Shown here: one piece after another, positions 28,196-37,972 of the stretch
Position numbering within the stretch: the stretch's first letter is position 1
Layout: the number at the start of each line of letters is the position of its first letter
Assembly: GCA_943327105.2 (NCBI GenBank)
Contig: CALPVV020000003.1
Location: 1-56,570, forward strand
Reading direction: 5' to 3'
Length of the DNA stretch: 56,570 nt
Source of the DNA: Nitrosovibrio sp. Nv4
GTDB lineage: Bacteria > Bdellovibrionota > UBA1018 > CAIMNF01
The notes under the pieces: model-generated
The model's input: the letters and a program-made list of their open reading frames with translations, nothing else
What the model was told of the DNA's origin: nothing
The model's database searches: none
Made by a program: the position numbers and the translations under genes

Positions 28196-29643
28196 TTCTC
28201 GTTTTCCCCATAGAGTCTTTTCAAACGCTGTTCTTCAATAGTTATCATCAATGTCTTGTTTGCGGAATATGTAACTTCACTTTGGCCTTTGATCTTCTTC
28301 ACGTATTTTCGTTGAGTGTAATCAATTTCTGTTTTGCCCCATTCTTTTCCGCCACTGTGTAAAAGACAGAGATTGGCGGCATCAAGAAGTGTTTCAAGCG
28401 AAGCTGTCTTACCTGGAGGAAGTAGAATAACCGTGTGTGACCCGGGTCTGCCCTTGACGTGCAGCCAGAGGTCATTGCCGCGGGCAATTTTGAAAGTGAG
28501 TTCTAGATTTTCATCTTTTGAACGGCCGGAAAGAATGGTGAGACCTTCTTGGGAACGATAGATCTTTCCTGAAAAACCGGCGATTTTTTTCGATGTATCC
28601 CGATCGCTTTGAGCCGGTGTGAAGCCTGTTTCAAGTTCAATTTTCTTCAGTTCTTCAAACGAAACCGACGATTCCTTGAGTCTCTCTTCTTGTTTGGTGA
28701 TGGCGGCGAGTTTTTCTTTTAGAGCGGCGGAACGTTGCTGGGATTCATCGATTCGCTTTCGACTTCTTTTTGCCAGGTGAAAGAATTTTTCGAGTTGCTG
28801 TTTGGTGTTGAGTTTATCATCGCCCGGTACCAGTACTTCGGCATTTTTCTCATAGTCGAAAAGGGAGTAATGCTTGTTTTTCAAAATGGGCTTGCTGTAA
28901 AAATGGGTTTGAAGAAGGGTTCCGTAATAATTCCAGTCGGGTTCGTTTCTGCTGAGTTCTTCTTGTTGAAAAAGAGATTTTAATTTTCGTTCAACTGAAC
29001 CTTTTTGTTGAGTGAGTAGATTCAGCAGTTTTTGTTTTCTTAGTGCAGTGGCATCTTCCAGCCGCGCCTGCATCCAGAGGTTTGAATAAGACTCGATCGA
29101 AGAAATGAGATCAGTTCTGTTTGGAATCTTGGCGATGACTTCGTCAGACAAATCGCGCGGCATTGGAGCACTAAAATCGGTACGATTACGTGACGAGCAG
29201 ATCAATGAATGGGATTGATCATCGAAAACGGTAACCAGGCTACCATCAGGAAGTGCGGGTAGGAGATTCAAAAAAAGCTTCAATTCAGGTTGGCTTGAGA
29301 ACGAGATCACCAAAAACCGCTCTCCAGGAATTGTCGACACGGATTCGATTCGAACTCCGTCGAGAGTTTTGGATAGGGAAAGGTCAAAGCCAGAGCGGGT
29401 TCCCACTTTTGCCGGTCGGAGTGTCTTTGGAGGTAAATAGGCGATTCCGCATGCTTGAGCACGTAAACTGATTAAAATCTGGCCATAGCGAGTCTCGAAA
29501 ACGACCTCGTTCTTGAAGAACCCCAGCGGATGCTCAAGGCACTCAGGTACGAATACACGGTCGATTCGGGCCCCATTCAGTGCAGGTTCGAGTAACAAGC
29601 GAAAACGTTGCAGTTCCAGAAAGCTCAGGCAGGGGTAACGCAT
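28192..29643 (-). CDS. rqcH: NFACT/RqcH (FbpA) family ribosome quality-control protein
   Basis: Coiled coil and NFACT-R domain GRSKDENLELT...DLWLH...PGSH...DYTQRKYVKK; AAGGAG RBS. Confidence 0.85.
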   Translation of the reverse strand: MRYPCLSFLELQRFRLLLEPALNGARIDRVFVPECLEHPLGFFKNEVVFETRYGQILISLRAQACGIAYLPPKTLRPAKVGTRSGFDLSLSKTLDGVRIESVSTIPGERFLVISFSSQPELKLFLNLLPALPDGSLVTVFDDQSHSLICSSRNRTDFSAPMPRDLSDEVIAKIPNRTDLISSIESYSNLWMQARLEDATALRKQKLLNLLTQQKGSVERKLKSLFQQEELSRNEPDWNYYGTLLQTHFYSKPILKNKHYSLFDYEKNAEVLVPGDDKLNTKQQLEKFFHLAKRSRKRIDESQQRSAALKEKLAAITKQEERLKESSVSFEELKKIELETGFTPAQSDRDTSKKIAGFSGKIYRSQEGLTILSGRSKDENLELTFKIARGNDLWLHVKGRPGSHTVILLPPGKTASLETLLDAANLCLLHSGGKEWGKTEIDYTQRKYVKKIKGQSEVTYSANKTLMITIEEQRLKRLYGENEK

Positions 29644-29688
29644 GGTATTCTCCTTGTTGTTATCCTTAAAAAAAGGTATCTCAGATGC

Positions 29689-31533
29689 ATGATTCTTAAA
29701 TACGATTTTGCATCTGGCCAGAACAAAATGGCGCCGTTAAAGGGCCGTTTGTCTGAAGTGTTAAACCAACTCGATTCTGCTTTCGCCGATCTCGGCCTGG
29801 ATGCGATTGTTTTGACTTCAAAAGACCCATTTCTTTCCGAGTACGTTCCGCTTGAAAATAATCCTCGCTTCGGTGCGACGGGATTTACCGGTTCTGTAGG
29901 GGATGCGGTTTTTTGGACCAAGAATTCAAAGGCAACCGCAATTCAAAAAAGAGTCACTGTTTTTGTCGATGGACGATACCATCTTCAAGCCGATCAGGAA
30001 TGCCCGGTTGACCTGGTTGAAGTGGTGAAGCTTGAGGTTGAACCGACCATCGAAGGTTCACTTCGTGATCGTTTAGCTCAATCAAAATCTCTTCGAATCG
30101 GTATTGATTATGAGCGCACTTCAATCGCGGCTCTTGAGCGTTATCAAGACATGGCGAAAGAAGCAGGTCATACCTTGGTGCATCTCGATGGTGAATCGAT
30201 CTTGAAGGCCCTTGGTCTTTCTGGTTGGAAAGTGGAACGACCGATTTTTTCATTGCCTGAAACTTCCACTGGTCGCACGATCGCAAAAAATCTGGATGCA
30301 ATGAAAGCCGATCTTTCTAAAACGAATCCCGAGTTCATGCATGTCACCGCTGCTACTGATGACGCCGCGTTTTTATTGAATGCTCGTGGTTATCATCTTC
30401 CTCATGCGGCCTCGTTTCTGGGGTACACATTTGCGGCTGGGAATGAAATGGTATTGTTCCTGCCAGCTTGTTCGGCAAATTCACCGGTTGAAATCGATGA
30501 GACTCAAAAGGGTTCTTATTCAGTAACGGTGATTCGCAATGACCTTTCTGAATTAAAGAAAACACTGGCGAAACATTCGGTAAAAGAAATTTTCTTCAAC
30601 GGTTCCATGATGAATGGCTTGTTGCCATCCTTGTTGAAGGAAGTATTTCCTGAAGCAAAACACAATGCCGATTGTAAATGGGTGATTCAACGTCGAGTAC
30701 GGAAGACGAAAGAAGAAATGCTTGCAATTCGCAGTGCATTTCAAAAGAGCTCCAAGGCGATTTCCAAAACCCTTCGTTGGGGTAAGAAAGAAAGTCAGCT
30801 TCGCAATATTTCCGAAGTTGAGCTCGCCAACCATCTTTATCAGTCTTATGCAAATGAGGGTGCGGTAGCGCTTTCGTTCAAAACCATTTCTGGCGCAGGC
30901 CCGAACAGCGCAATCATTCACTACAGCACACCATCGAATACCACTTATTTTGAAAAAGGCCAAATGGCCCTTCTAGATAGCGGTGCATACTATGATGATG
31001 GTTTTTGTACCGACTGCACACGCGGTTTCTTCGTGGGTTCAAGCCATAACGGCGCTACTCCTGAAGAATGGCAAAAAGACATTTACACGGCGACTTTGAA
31101 AAGCGCGATTCAGGTATTCATGGCTCCAGTTAATGCGGCTCTTTCAGGTAAAGAAGTCGATGCAATGATTCGTGGTCAGGTGAAGGCGGCAGGTTATGAT
31201 TACCTTCACGGAACCGGTCATGGTGTAGGCATTCACGTACATGAAGAAGGGATTCGCCTTTCGACTCTATCCATCTATCCACAATCACCGTTTGCGTGTG
31301 TGAGTGTTGAGCCGGGTATTTACTTGAAAGACCAAGGCGGAGTGCGCATTGAGAATATCGCGTTCCTTCACCCACAAGGCGGCAACTTCAAATATGAAAA
31401 CGTCGTGTTTGTCGGTTACGATTGGGACCTGATTGATCTGACCAAGCTCACTAGTGCAGAAAAGAATTATTTGAAGGCCTATGAAGCCGAATGTCGAAAA
31501 CTCGGGACTCATTTGATGGAGTGCCCGCTGTAG
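29689..31533 (+). CDS. Aminopeptidase P (M24B, long three-domain type)
   Basis: DPFLSEY, TGFTGSVG, DGRY, LLDSG...TDCTR, HGTGHGVG, VHE, EPG, RIEN. Confidence 0.92.
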   Translation: MILKYDFASGQNKMAPLKGRLSEVLNQLDSAFADLGLDAIVLTSKDPFLSEYVPLENNPRFGATGFTGSVGDAVFWTKNSKATAIQKRVTVFVDGRYHLQADQECPVDLVEVVKLEVEPTIEGSLRDRLAQSKSLRIGIDYERTSIAALERYQDMAKEAGHTLVHLDGESILKALGLSGWKVERPIFSLPETSTGRTIAKNLDAMKADLSKTNPEFMHVTAATDDAAFLLNARGYHLPHAASFLGYTFAAGNEMVLFLPACSANSPVEIDETQKGSYSVTVIRNDLSELKKTLAKHSVKEIFFNGSMMNGLLPSLLKEVFPEAKHNADCKWVIQRRVRKTKEEMLAIRSAFQKSSKAISKTLRWGKKESQLRNISEVELANHLYQSYANEGAVALSFKTISGAGPNSAIIHYSTPSNTTYFEKGQMALLDSGAYYDDGFCTDCTRGFFVGSSHNGATPEEWQKDIYTATLKSAIQVFMAPVNAALSGKEVDAMIRGQVKAAGYDYLHGTGHGVGIHVHEEGIRLSTLSIYPQSPFACVSVEPGIYLKDQGGVRIENIAFLHPQGGNFKYENVVFVGYDWDLIDLTKLTSAEKNYLKAYEAECRKLGTHLMECPL

Positions 31534-31545
31534 GAGTCAGTTGCC

Positions 31546-31836
31546 ATGAACGATGTATTTGAAACCAAAGCAAAGAAAATCGCCCCCGATCAGGTTGAAG
31601 TGCTTGATGCGAATGGCGCCCATGTTGCAGGCAAAGAGCAGGCTTCACCGTTTGGTTTTCAAAATGGCGGCTTTAAAGTGGTGAAAATGGGCCCGCTGGG
31701 CGCGCTCACCGGCTTGGTGATGTTGCCCATCATTATTCCAGTCGCCATCATCGGTTTCTTTCTTCTGATGTTGTTTGCAATGGTTTTCGGAAAAACGTTT
31801 TTTAAAGCCGGAATGGCAAAGGTGATCAAGCGATGA
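31546..31836 (+). CDS. Small membrane protein
   Basis: AGGAG RBS, long hydrophobic segment, ATGA overlap with the next gene. Confidence 0.75.
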   Translation: MNDVFETKAKKIAPDQVEVLDANGAHVAGKEQASPFGFQNGGFKVVKMGPLGALTGLVMLPIIIPVAIIGFFLLMLFAMVFGKTFFKAGMAKVIKR

Positions 31837-33161
31837 AACATTGGAGATTGAAATCGAAAGAAGAGCGTCGTTTCAAGCAAGGGCATCCTTGGGTTTATTC
31901 CAATGAATTGCAAGATTCTCCCAAAGGGATTCAGACGGGCGAACTACTTGAGCTTGATGATGCGGGCGGAAATTTTCTGGCCTATGGTTTCGGAAATCCA
32001 GCCTCGTTGATTGCGTTTCGTGCGCTCACGCGTGAAAAGCATGAGGCTGCAGATGCCAATGAACTTTTGAAGACCATCATTCAAAAGAACATCAAAAGTG
32101 CATTCGAGTTCCGACTGCAGTGGTTCTCTCTAGGGCAGAGCTTTCGATTGGTTTACGGTGAAAACGATGACCTTCCGGGTCTGGTGATTGACCGCTATGT
32201 TGGTAAAGAAACGATTTATGTCGTTCAACCGCATTCGGCTGGAATGGATCTGCAACTTGCTTTGATCACCGAAACTCTTGCAGAGCTTTCAAAAGCACTC
32301 AATGAATCTTCCGATTCCAAGGTGATTTATCGACGTGATGCCGGCTCGCGCGAACGCGAAGGGCTTTCAAAAGAGCCGACTGAAATTCGTTTTCTTCACT
32401 CGGGAAAAAATGTTGAGTCTCACGATGCTTACCGTGAATTCACGTTCCAGTTGCAAAGTGTGATGAACCGGGAAGTGAGCATGACTGTTGATCTCGTGAC
32501 CGGTCAAAAAACAGGTTTTTTCTTTGACCAAGCCCACAACGCAAAACTCGTTCAGATCTTGTTGTTGCGCAAATTGCGCTATCATCAGTCGCCGGCAATG
32601 AAGACCGGAAAGATGAAGATGCTCGACCTGTGCTCTTATGTGGGGCAGTGGAGCGTTCAACTTGCTCAAGTGTTTATGGAAAAGGGGCTACCCCTTCAGA
32701 TTACCGCTGTTGATGCCTCTGATACGGCGCTCAAGTTTGCCGAGCTCAATGTTCGCAAGAATACGATTGAGAAAGGTGCTGGGGAAATTCAGTTTAATCG
32801 ATTGAAAGCGGATGTTCTCGAGCCAATGCCTTCATTGAAAGACAAAGATTTTGAAGTGGTGATTGCTGATCCTCCGGCGTTCATCAAGAACCGCAAAAGC
32901 ATTCCTCAGGGCAAGCATGCTTATGTGCAGCTCTTCACCACGGCGATTCAAAAAACCGCTAAAGATGGGTTAGTGGTGTGTTGTTCTTGTTCCCAGCTTC
33001 TCTCAAAAGAAGACATGAAAGAGTGCTTGCAAAAGGCGGCACGTCGCTCTGGTCGTAAAGTAAGATGGATAGCCGAAGGTTCTCCATCACTCGATCACTT
33101 TGTTCGTTCAGAGTTCGAAGAAGGCCATTATCTCAAGTGCTGGATCGGCTCAGTTGAGTGA
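31833..33161 (+). CDS. rlmI: RlmI-family SAM-dependent rRNA methyltransferase
   Basis: GHPWVYSNE PUA domain, GLVIDRY, GQKTGFFFDQ, DPPAF, CSCS. Confidence 0.88.
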   Translation: MKHWRLKSKEERRFKQGHPWVYSNELQDSPKGIQTGELLELDDAGGNFLAYGFGNPASLIAFRALTREKHEAADANELLKTIIQKNIKSAFEFRLQWFSLGQSFRLVYGENDDLPGLVIDRYVGKETIYVVQPHSAGMDLQLALITETLAELSKALNESSDSKVIYRRDAGSREREGLSKEPTEIRFLHSGKNVESHDAYREFTFQLQSVMNREVSMTVDLVTGQKTGFFFDQAHNAKLVQILLLRKLRYHQSPAMKTGKMKMLDLCSYVGQWSVQLAQVFMEKGLPLQITAVDASDTALKFAELNVRKNTIEKGAGEIQFNRLKADVLEPMPSLKDKDFEVVIADPPAFIKNRKSIPQGKHAYVQLFTTAIQKTAKDGLVVCCSCSQLLSKEDMKECLQKAARRSGRKVRWIAEGSPSLDHFVRSEFEEGHYLKCWIGSVE

Positions 33162-34763
33162 TGCTGGTGACGGGCTAGGACTAGGACTAGGGCTAGGAGA
33201 CGGACTTGCGCTCGGTGTAGGGCTTGGCGCAGGAATAGCCGCAGGAACTGGATTATCAGCAGGTGGCTCGAGGCTTTCTGGAGCTGGACTGGCTGATGGA
33301 GTTGCCTCTGCAGTCGGTGCAGGATCTGCAGTTTTTGCAGGTGTTGCAGGTGTTGCAGGTGCAGGGTCAGCAGGTGGTAAAAGTTGATCTGCTGGCAATT
33401 CCGGTGCATCCAAGTCCTGATCTACTTCCGGTGTAACCGGAGGTTCTGAAACGTGATCTTGCTCGGTTTTTGTTGGTTCATCCAATTCAAGATCTTTTGT
33501 TTCATTCACAGGCATTTCAGTTTGGTCATTTGGTGAAGCCTCATTACCAAGCGTGGAAGGTGAGTCAGTAGTATTCGGATCAACTTTTTCAAGCTGACGT
33601 AGTTCTTGATCTTCTTTTTCTCCCAGTCCTTGTGAATCATCCATTTGATCGAGTTCATCCAGCGGTGCGCCCTGACCATCATTCTGAATGAAAATCTGCA
33701 TCCCTGAATTTTTATAAAGGTCACGAAGATCCATCAATGAAAGAACTTCATCGCTAGCGTGGATTGCACCGCGACTTTGTAATACATAAGCGATTGAGAA
33801 GTGGTCTTTGACTTCGAGCACCTGCATGTCAGCTTCAATCAAATAGTCTTTGGTAGTGATGACGGTATTGTTGTTCGGATCAACCTTCATGTATTTCCTG
33901 AAGATCATTCCTGCTTTGACACCATCATTTTCGCCGGCATCGAGAATGACCAGGTTGTGTTCACCGATCATTGATGTGTTTAAAATGTTCATGGGTACGA
34001 TTGAAGCGGGGATCACGGTTGCCGATGCGACCGGACTCAAAAAATCAACCGGAGCCACTTCCGGAATCAGAAGATTTTTTCTCATGATCGGACGCTGAGT
34101 GGTTGTCACGGTACCAATGAAAACCCCGTCACGGACACCGATGATTTTAACGGTGCCTGCAAGCTCGTAAGCGAACCCAACACGTTGATCGCGGTTGGAG
34201 ACGATTTTTTCAGGTCCTGAGGTCACCGAATAGGTCTTTCCGACCTGAAGTTGTTCCTCGCCTCTGATGAAGACTTGTTCACCGAGAAAGATTTGATCGT
34301 GTTCTGATCTGGCGTTGATGATTTCGCCTTCAATCGGTATGCGGTCTGATGCAACCGTCATGGGTGCGAATGTGCGGTCAGATTTGCGGGTGATCACCTT
34401 ACTTCTCTTGTCAAATCCGTTCGGGTCAATTTGTGGTGAAGTAGGGAATTTGAAGCTTTCCCAGTCTTGTTTTGGAAGGTAGCGCCATTCCTGAGAGCGG
34501 TCTTTTGTTTTGTTCAGCCTGAAGTCTGAGTTGTTGGCAGCAACAAGGGTTCCTTTTGAATCCATACTCAAATTTTGACCGGGATAAATCAGATTTGGGT
34601 TTTGAATCAGTGATTTGTTCGACTCATAAAGTTCGTGCCATTTGTCGTGCTTCCCGTAGTGTTCTTTTGCGATGGCAGAAAGACTGTCACCTTTTTTCAC
34701 GGAATATGCTTCGGCGCTGACGACGACAAAAATACCGGTAATAAAGATTGGATTGATTTTCAT
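33150..34763 (-). CDS. LysM peptidoglycan-binding protein, TsaP/FlgT-like, with acidic Pro-rich tail
   Basis: Signal peptide, LysM YSVKKGDSLS...NPNLIYPGQ, LDAGENDGVKAG FlgT_C-like motif. Confidence 0.85.
   Translation of the reverse strand: MKINPIFITGIFVVVSAEAYSVKKGDSLSAIAKEHYGKHDKWHELYESNKSLIQNPNLIYPGQNLSMDSKGTLVAANNSDFRLNKTKDRSQEWRYLPKQDWESFKFPTSPQIDPNGFDKRSKVITRKSDRTFAPMTVASDRIPIEGEIINARSEHDQIFLGEQVFIRGEEQLQVGKTYSVTSGPEKIVSNRDQRVGFAYELAGTVKIIGVRDGVFIGTVTTTQRPIMRKNLLIPEVAPVDFLSPVASATVIPASIVPMNILNTSMIGEHNLVILDAGENDGVKAGMIFRKYMKVDPNNNTVITTKDYLIEADMQVLEVKDHFSIAYVLQSRGAIHASDEVLSLMDLRDLYKNSGMQIFIQNDGQGAPLDELDQMDDSQGLGEKEDQELRQLEKVDPNTTDSPSTLGNEASPNDQTEMPVNETKDLELDEPTKTEQDHVSEPPVTPEVDQDLDAPELPADQLLPPADPAPATPATPAKTADPAPTAEATPSASPAPESLEPPADNPVPAAIPAPSPTPSASPSPSPSPSPSPSPASLN
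33160..33370 (-). repeat. Low-complexity Pro-Ser/Pro-Ala-Thr coding repeats
   Basis: (CTAGG(A/G))n and (GCAGGTGTT)n on the plus strand encode SPSPSP and PATPAT. Confidence 0.8.
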
Positions 34764-35587
34764 TGTTTCACCACGCTTGGTTCTTCACCATGGGTTTCAG
34801 AGCTTTTGAGTTCAGGAACAGGAGCGGTTGGTGGTTGAGGTACTTCTACCTGTGGTTTTTCATGCTCTTCCGGTTTTGCATGTTCTTCAGGCAATGCTTT
34901 CGCTTGAGGTGAGTTGGCAAAGTGTGAATTCATTTTTTCGCGAAAATAAGAAACTTTTGCAGTTTTCCCAAGTGCGGTAGAAACGGTTGCAAGTGCAACC
35001 AGTGTGTCTGGAACCACATTCGAGTGAGGATGGTTCACCAAGACACGCGTGAGTTCTTCTTCTGCTATCTTGAATTCCTTTTGATTAAGGTAGCTGAGTC
35101 CGATGTGGTATTGGGCATTGCAAGCCAAAACATGGCGTGGGTTGTTTTTGATGAAATCTGAAAACTCGAGAATCGCATCCGGATACTTGTGGGTATCGAA
35201 TAAGATCTTTGCCTCGCGATAGCGATCGGTTGCTTCGTCATGGTGAAAAGAATCAGCGAATTTACCATGACCTTTTACGGGTTGTGCAATGAGCGCATTC
35301 TTTACCGCCACAGGTGCATGTACCTTTACCTCTTCAACCTTGGTTTCTGTTTTTACTTCAACCGGTTTTTCAGAATTCAAAAGGTTGAATTTTTCATTCA
35401 AGGCACCGAATCGGGTTTCAAGATCAATCAATTTTTCTTCGATCTTGCTCAATTGTTCCTTAGTTGCTGCGGCCAACTCGGAATCTTTTTTGGTAGTTGA
35501 GGTTTGGCTTGCGCAACCGGTAATCATCGTGCAAATCAATAGGGAGAAAGAAGCCAGTTTCGGGTACTGCTGAATTCGTTTGCTCAT
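34760..35587 (-). CDS. CpoB/YbgF-like TPR lipoprotein
   Basis: Lipobox ITGC, coiled coil, TPRs (NAQYHIGLSY; VPDTLVAL). Confidence 0.8.
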   Translation of the reverse strand: MSKRIQQYPKLASFSLLICTMITGCASQTSTTKKDSELAAATKEQLSKIEEKLIDLETRFGALNEKFNLLNSEKPVEVKTETKVEEVKVHAPVAVKNALIAQPVKGHGKFADSFHHDEATDRYREAKILFDTHKYPDAILEFSDFIKNNPRHVLACNAQYHIGLSYLNQKEFKIAEEELTRVLVNHPHSNVVPDTLVALATVSTALGKTAKVSYFREKMNSHFANSPQAKALPEEHAKPEEHEKPQVEVPQPPTAPVPELKSSETHGEEPSVVKQ

Positions 35588-35613
35588 ATTAAAATGATAA
35601 CAAAAAAAGCCAT

Positions 35614-35841
35614 ATGAAAGCCCAAAAAATCAGAATTAGAACAAAAAAATCAGATTCTGCCTACATTTACCATACGCTTGAGGCCAACGAAGGTTTGACG
35701 GCCTATCGAACCATTCCTCATCAAGAGGGTGACCCGAATCGGGATATGGAATTGGTATTTTCGGCTGATGCTCTTGATGACGTCAAAAGTCTGATTGCCG
35801 AACTTCAAGGCATGATGGAATTACACGTGATCGAAGATTAA
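35614..35841 (+). CDS. DUF4911-like small protein
   Basis: DSAYIYHTLEANEGL..Y.T pattern. Confidence 0.65.
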   Translation: MKAQKIRIRTKKSDSAYIYHTLEANEGLTAYRTIPHQEGDPNRDMELVFSADALDDVKSLIAELQGMMELHVIED

Positions 35842-35845
35842 TTCG

Positions 35846-35860
35846 GGGTATGGCGTTTGC
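35846..35860 (+). promoter_or_regulatory. Sigma54 -24/-12 promoter for the tadB-like gene
   Basis: GGGTATGGCGTTTGC = GG-N10-GC ending TTGC; predicted +1 coincides with ATG 35873. Confidence 0.55.
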
Positions 35861-35872
35861 ATGGTCAAACGC

Positions 35873-36877
35873 ATGACTCTTTGGATACTGGTCTTCATCG
35901 TCTTTTTTTTGGCACTTCCGAACTTCTCACCGATCGTTGAAAAAATGAAAGCACATTTTTTCCAGCAAAAAGTTCTCGATGATTTGAAATCCATCATCGC
36001 TCATTTGCGAATTCTAAAAGAAAGCCTGGAAAGCGGACTGGTGCCCAATCGTGAAGATTGGGAAGGCACTGCAAAATTGCCGACTCCCTGGGGTCCGATT
36101 TTTTCCACTTCGCTAGAAGCCCTGCGGTCGCAAGGGGCGCCGATCCTGCCATCGCTTGAACGCATGATTCTGAGTATGGATGAAGAGCGAGAGATGCTGC
36201 TTGAGGCCCGGCTCAAATCTTCACAGGCTTTCGGGCAGGTAATGATTTCTGTAATATTAGTGCCGTTTTTTGGGTTTATTTTATACGTGATGCTGCCTGA
36301 ACTTTCCGAGCACAGGGGGCTTTATCTCAGTTTGCTTTCAGTGTGTATGATGTTCGGTATGCTGGCCTTCTATTGGATGCTTGCCATGATGGAAGATGCC
36401 CGTTTTGGTGGTATTCATCGGCAAAAGAGAACTTGGGTACTTTCAAGCAAGCTTTTTTTTGAAAGGATGATTGCCGAGATCGCAAGTGGTATGCCACCTG
36501 ATCTTGCGTGGAGTTCTGCAATGCGGTTTCTTTGCGAGAGGGAACCGAACCTGACACAAGGCTGGGGTGTTCAGATTTGGGACCCATTTCAAAAGAAGGG
36601 ATTGAAAACAGTGAATCCGGTTGAAGATTCTGTGGTCGTGTTTGGTATGGAAATCAGACGAACCATCCAGCAGTCGCTCACTGAGGGAATTGCCAGTATG
36701 GTTCGATTGGAGTCGACTTATCGAAATTTCTTAATGGATGTTCGAATGAAGATCTCCCGTGAGTTGCAAGTTTTGCCCAATCATTGTTTGAAGCCATTGT
36801 TTATTCTGGTGCTGCCTTCGGTAATGCTTTTGTTGTTCGGTGCAATGGCAATTTCATTCATGAGGATGCTCGGATGA
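35873..36877 (+). CDS. TadB/TadC-like type II secretion F family platform protein (two T2SSF-like halves)
   Basis: LESGL...GAPILPSL...QAFGQ and IASGMPP...LKPLFILVLP, each followed by TMs; start could be 35861. Confidence 0.75.
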   Translation: MTLWILVFIVFFLALPNFSPIVEKMKAHFFQQKVLDDLKSIIAHLRILKESLESGLVPNREDWEGTAKLPTPWGPIFSTSLEALRSQGAPILPSLERMILSMDEEREMLLEARLKSSQAFGQVMISVILVPFFGFILYVMLPELSEHRGLYLSLLSVCMMFGMLAFYWMLAMMEDARFGGIHRQKRTWVLSSKLFFERMIAEIASGMPPDLAWSSAMRFLCEREPNLTQGWGVQIWDPFQKKGLKTVNPVEDSVVVFGMEIRRTIQQSLTEGIASMVRLESTYRNFLMDVRMKISRELQVLPNHCLKPLFILVLPSVMLLLFGAMAISFMRMLG

Positions 36878-37041
36878 AGTTCGATAAATGGTTTCAAATC
36901 TGGGTTCGTTTAAGCTTGTTTTGGTTGTTTTTCTCGATCGTCGGAGGCGGAACCGTTTGGAAATTCCCAATGGGAATTGAAGCTGCCTGGAAAAATCAGA
37001 AATCACTGATCAAACAAAGCTGGCAATCAACGGACGAGTGA
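36874..37041 (+). CDS. Small single-TM protein, 55 aa
   Basis: ATGA overlap with the tadB-like stop; MKFDKWFQIWVRLSLFWLFFSIVGGG. Confidence 0.55.
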   Translation: MKFDKWFQIWVRLSLFWLFFSIVGGGTVWKFPMGIEAAWKNQKSLIKQSWQSTDE

Positions 37042-37972
37042 AAATTACATCGCGTTCAAATCCCTGTATTTGAAGCATTCCGGTTATTTTTCTGTTTTCA
37101 AGAAAAACGATTTTCTGAACGCCGTTTGCGATCAATTCCCGAATCAGATTGACAGGAATGGTTCCCTTGGCGGCAATCAATGCCAATAATTCGAGTCGTT
37201 TGATTGCATCACGCGCTGAATTCGCATGAAGGGTTGAGAGTGTGCCTCGGTGACCGGTGTTCAGTGCTTGCAGCAAATCGATGACCTCATCGCCACGGCA
37301 TTCGCCGACCAGAATGCGGTCAGGTTTCATGCGAAGTGTTTGTCTGACAAGGTCACGCAAAGTCACCGTGCCAAAGCCATCTGCGTTTGCAGTTCTCGAA
37401 AGCAGGCTCAACCAGTGCTCGTGTTGGGGGCAGAGTTCCGCGGTGTCTTCAAGGGTGATGATGCGTTCGTGTTTGGGAATGTAAGAAACCAGATCATTCA
37501 AGAGTGTGGTTTTTCCAGAACCGGTTGCGCCGGTGAAGAGAATGGTTTCATGGTTTTTGATCGCATCGACTAGAACCGAAAAAGCCTCATGAGAAGACTC
37601 CCATCTTGAAACAGCTTGTTTTTGGGCTTCTTCAGGTGTGTTTTTATTTCGAGAGGGAAGTTTTCGAAGTGAGAGCGCAATGCCATTTTGTGAAAGTGGC
37701 GGAAAGGCAATGTGAGCGCGATGACTTCCGAAAAAGACGGTATCAAGAAAGGGTAGCTTTGCGTCCCAGGTCTTGCCGCTACGGGAGATCTCATCCAGCA
37801 CGAAAGTCTTGTATTCGTTTTCAGTTCGAAAGATCAGTTGGCTGAGCGGGAGTCGCTCAAAACCGTTTCCCTGATTGAAATAGACTTCATCATGACGGTT
37901 GAAACAAAGGTCTGAAATTTTTGGTGAACTGAGAAGTTCTGAAAGAATGGGGTTTATTAAAGGACGTTCCAT
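37010..37972 (-). CDS. tadA: CpaF/TadA family pilus assembly ATPase
   Basis: GATGSGKT, LEDTAEL, LRMKPDRILVGECRG, NTGHRG.LSTLHANS. Confidence 0.92.
   Translation of the reverse strand: MERPLINPILSELLSSPKISDLCFNRHDEVYFNQGNGFERLPLSQLIFRTENEYKTFVLDEISRSGKTWDAKLPFLDTVFFGSHRAHIAFPPLSQNGIALSLRKLPSRNKNTPEEAQKQAVSRWESSHEAFSVLVDAIKNHETILFTGATGSGKTTLLNDLVSYIPKHERIITLEDTAELCPQHEHWLSLLSRTANADGFGTVTLRDLVRQTLRMKPDRILVGECRGDEVIDLLQALNTGHRGTLSTLHANSARDAIKRLELLALIAAKGTIPVNLIRELIANGVQKIVFLENRKITGMLQIQGFERDVIFTRPLIASFV

Noticed and set aside
36784-36873. Longer start for the small ORF after tadB
   Set aside because: Overlaps tadB out of frame; the ATGA-coupled start at 36874 is more plausible
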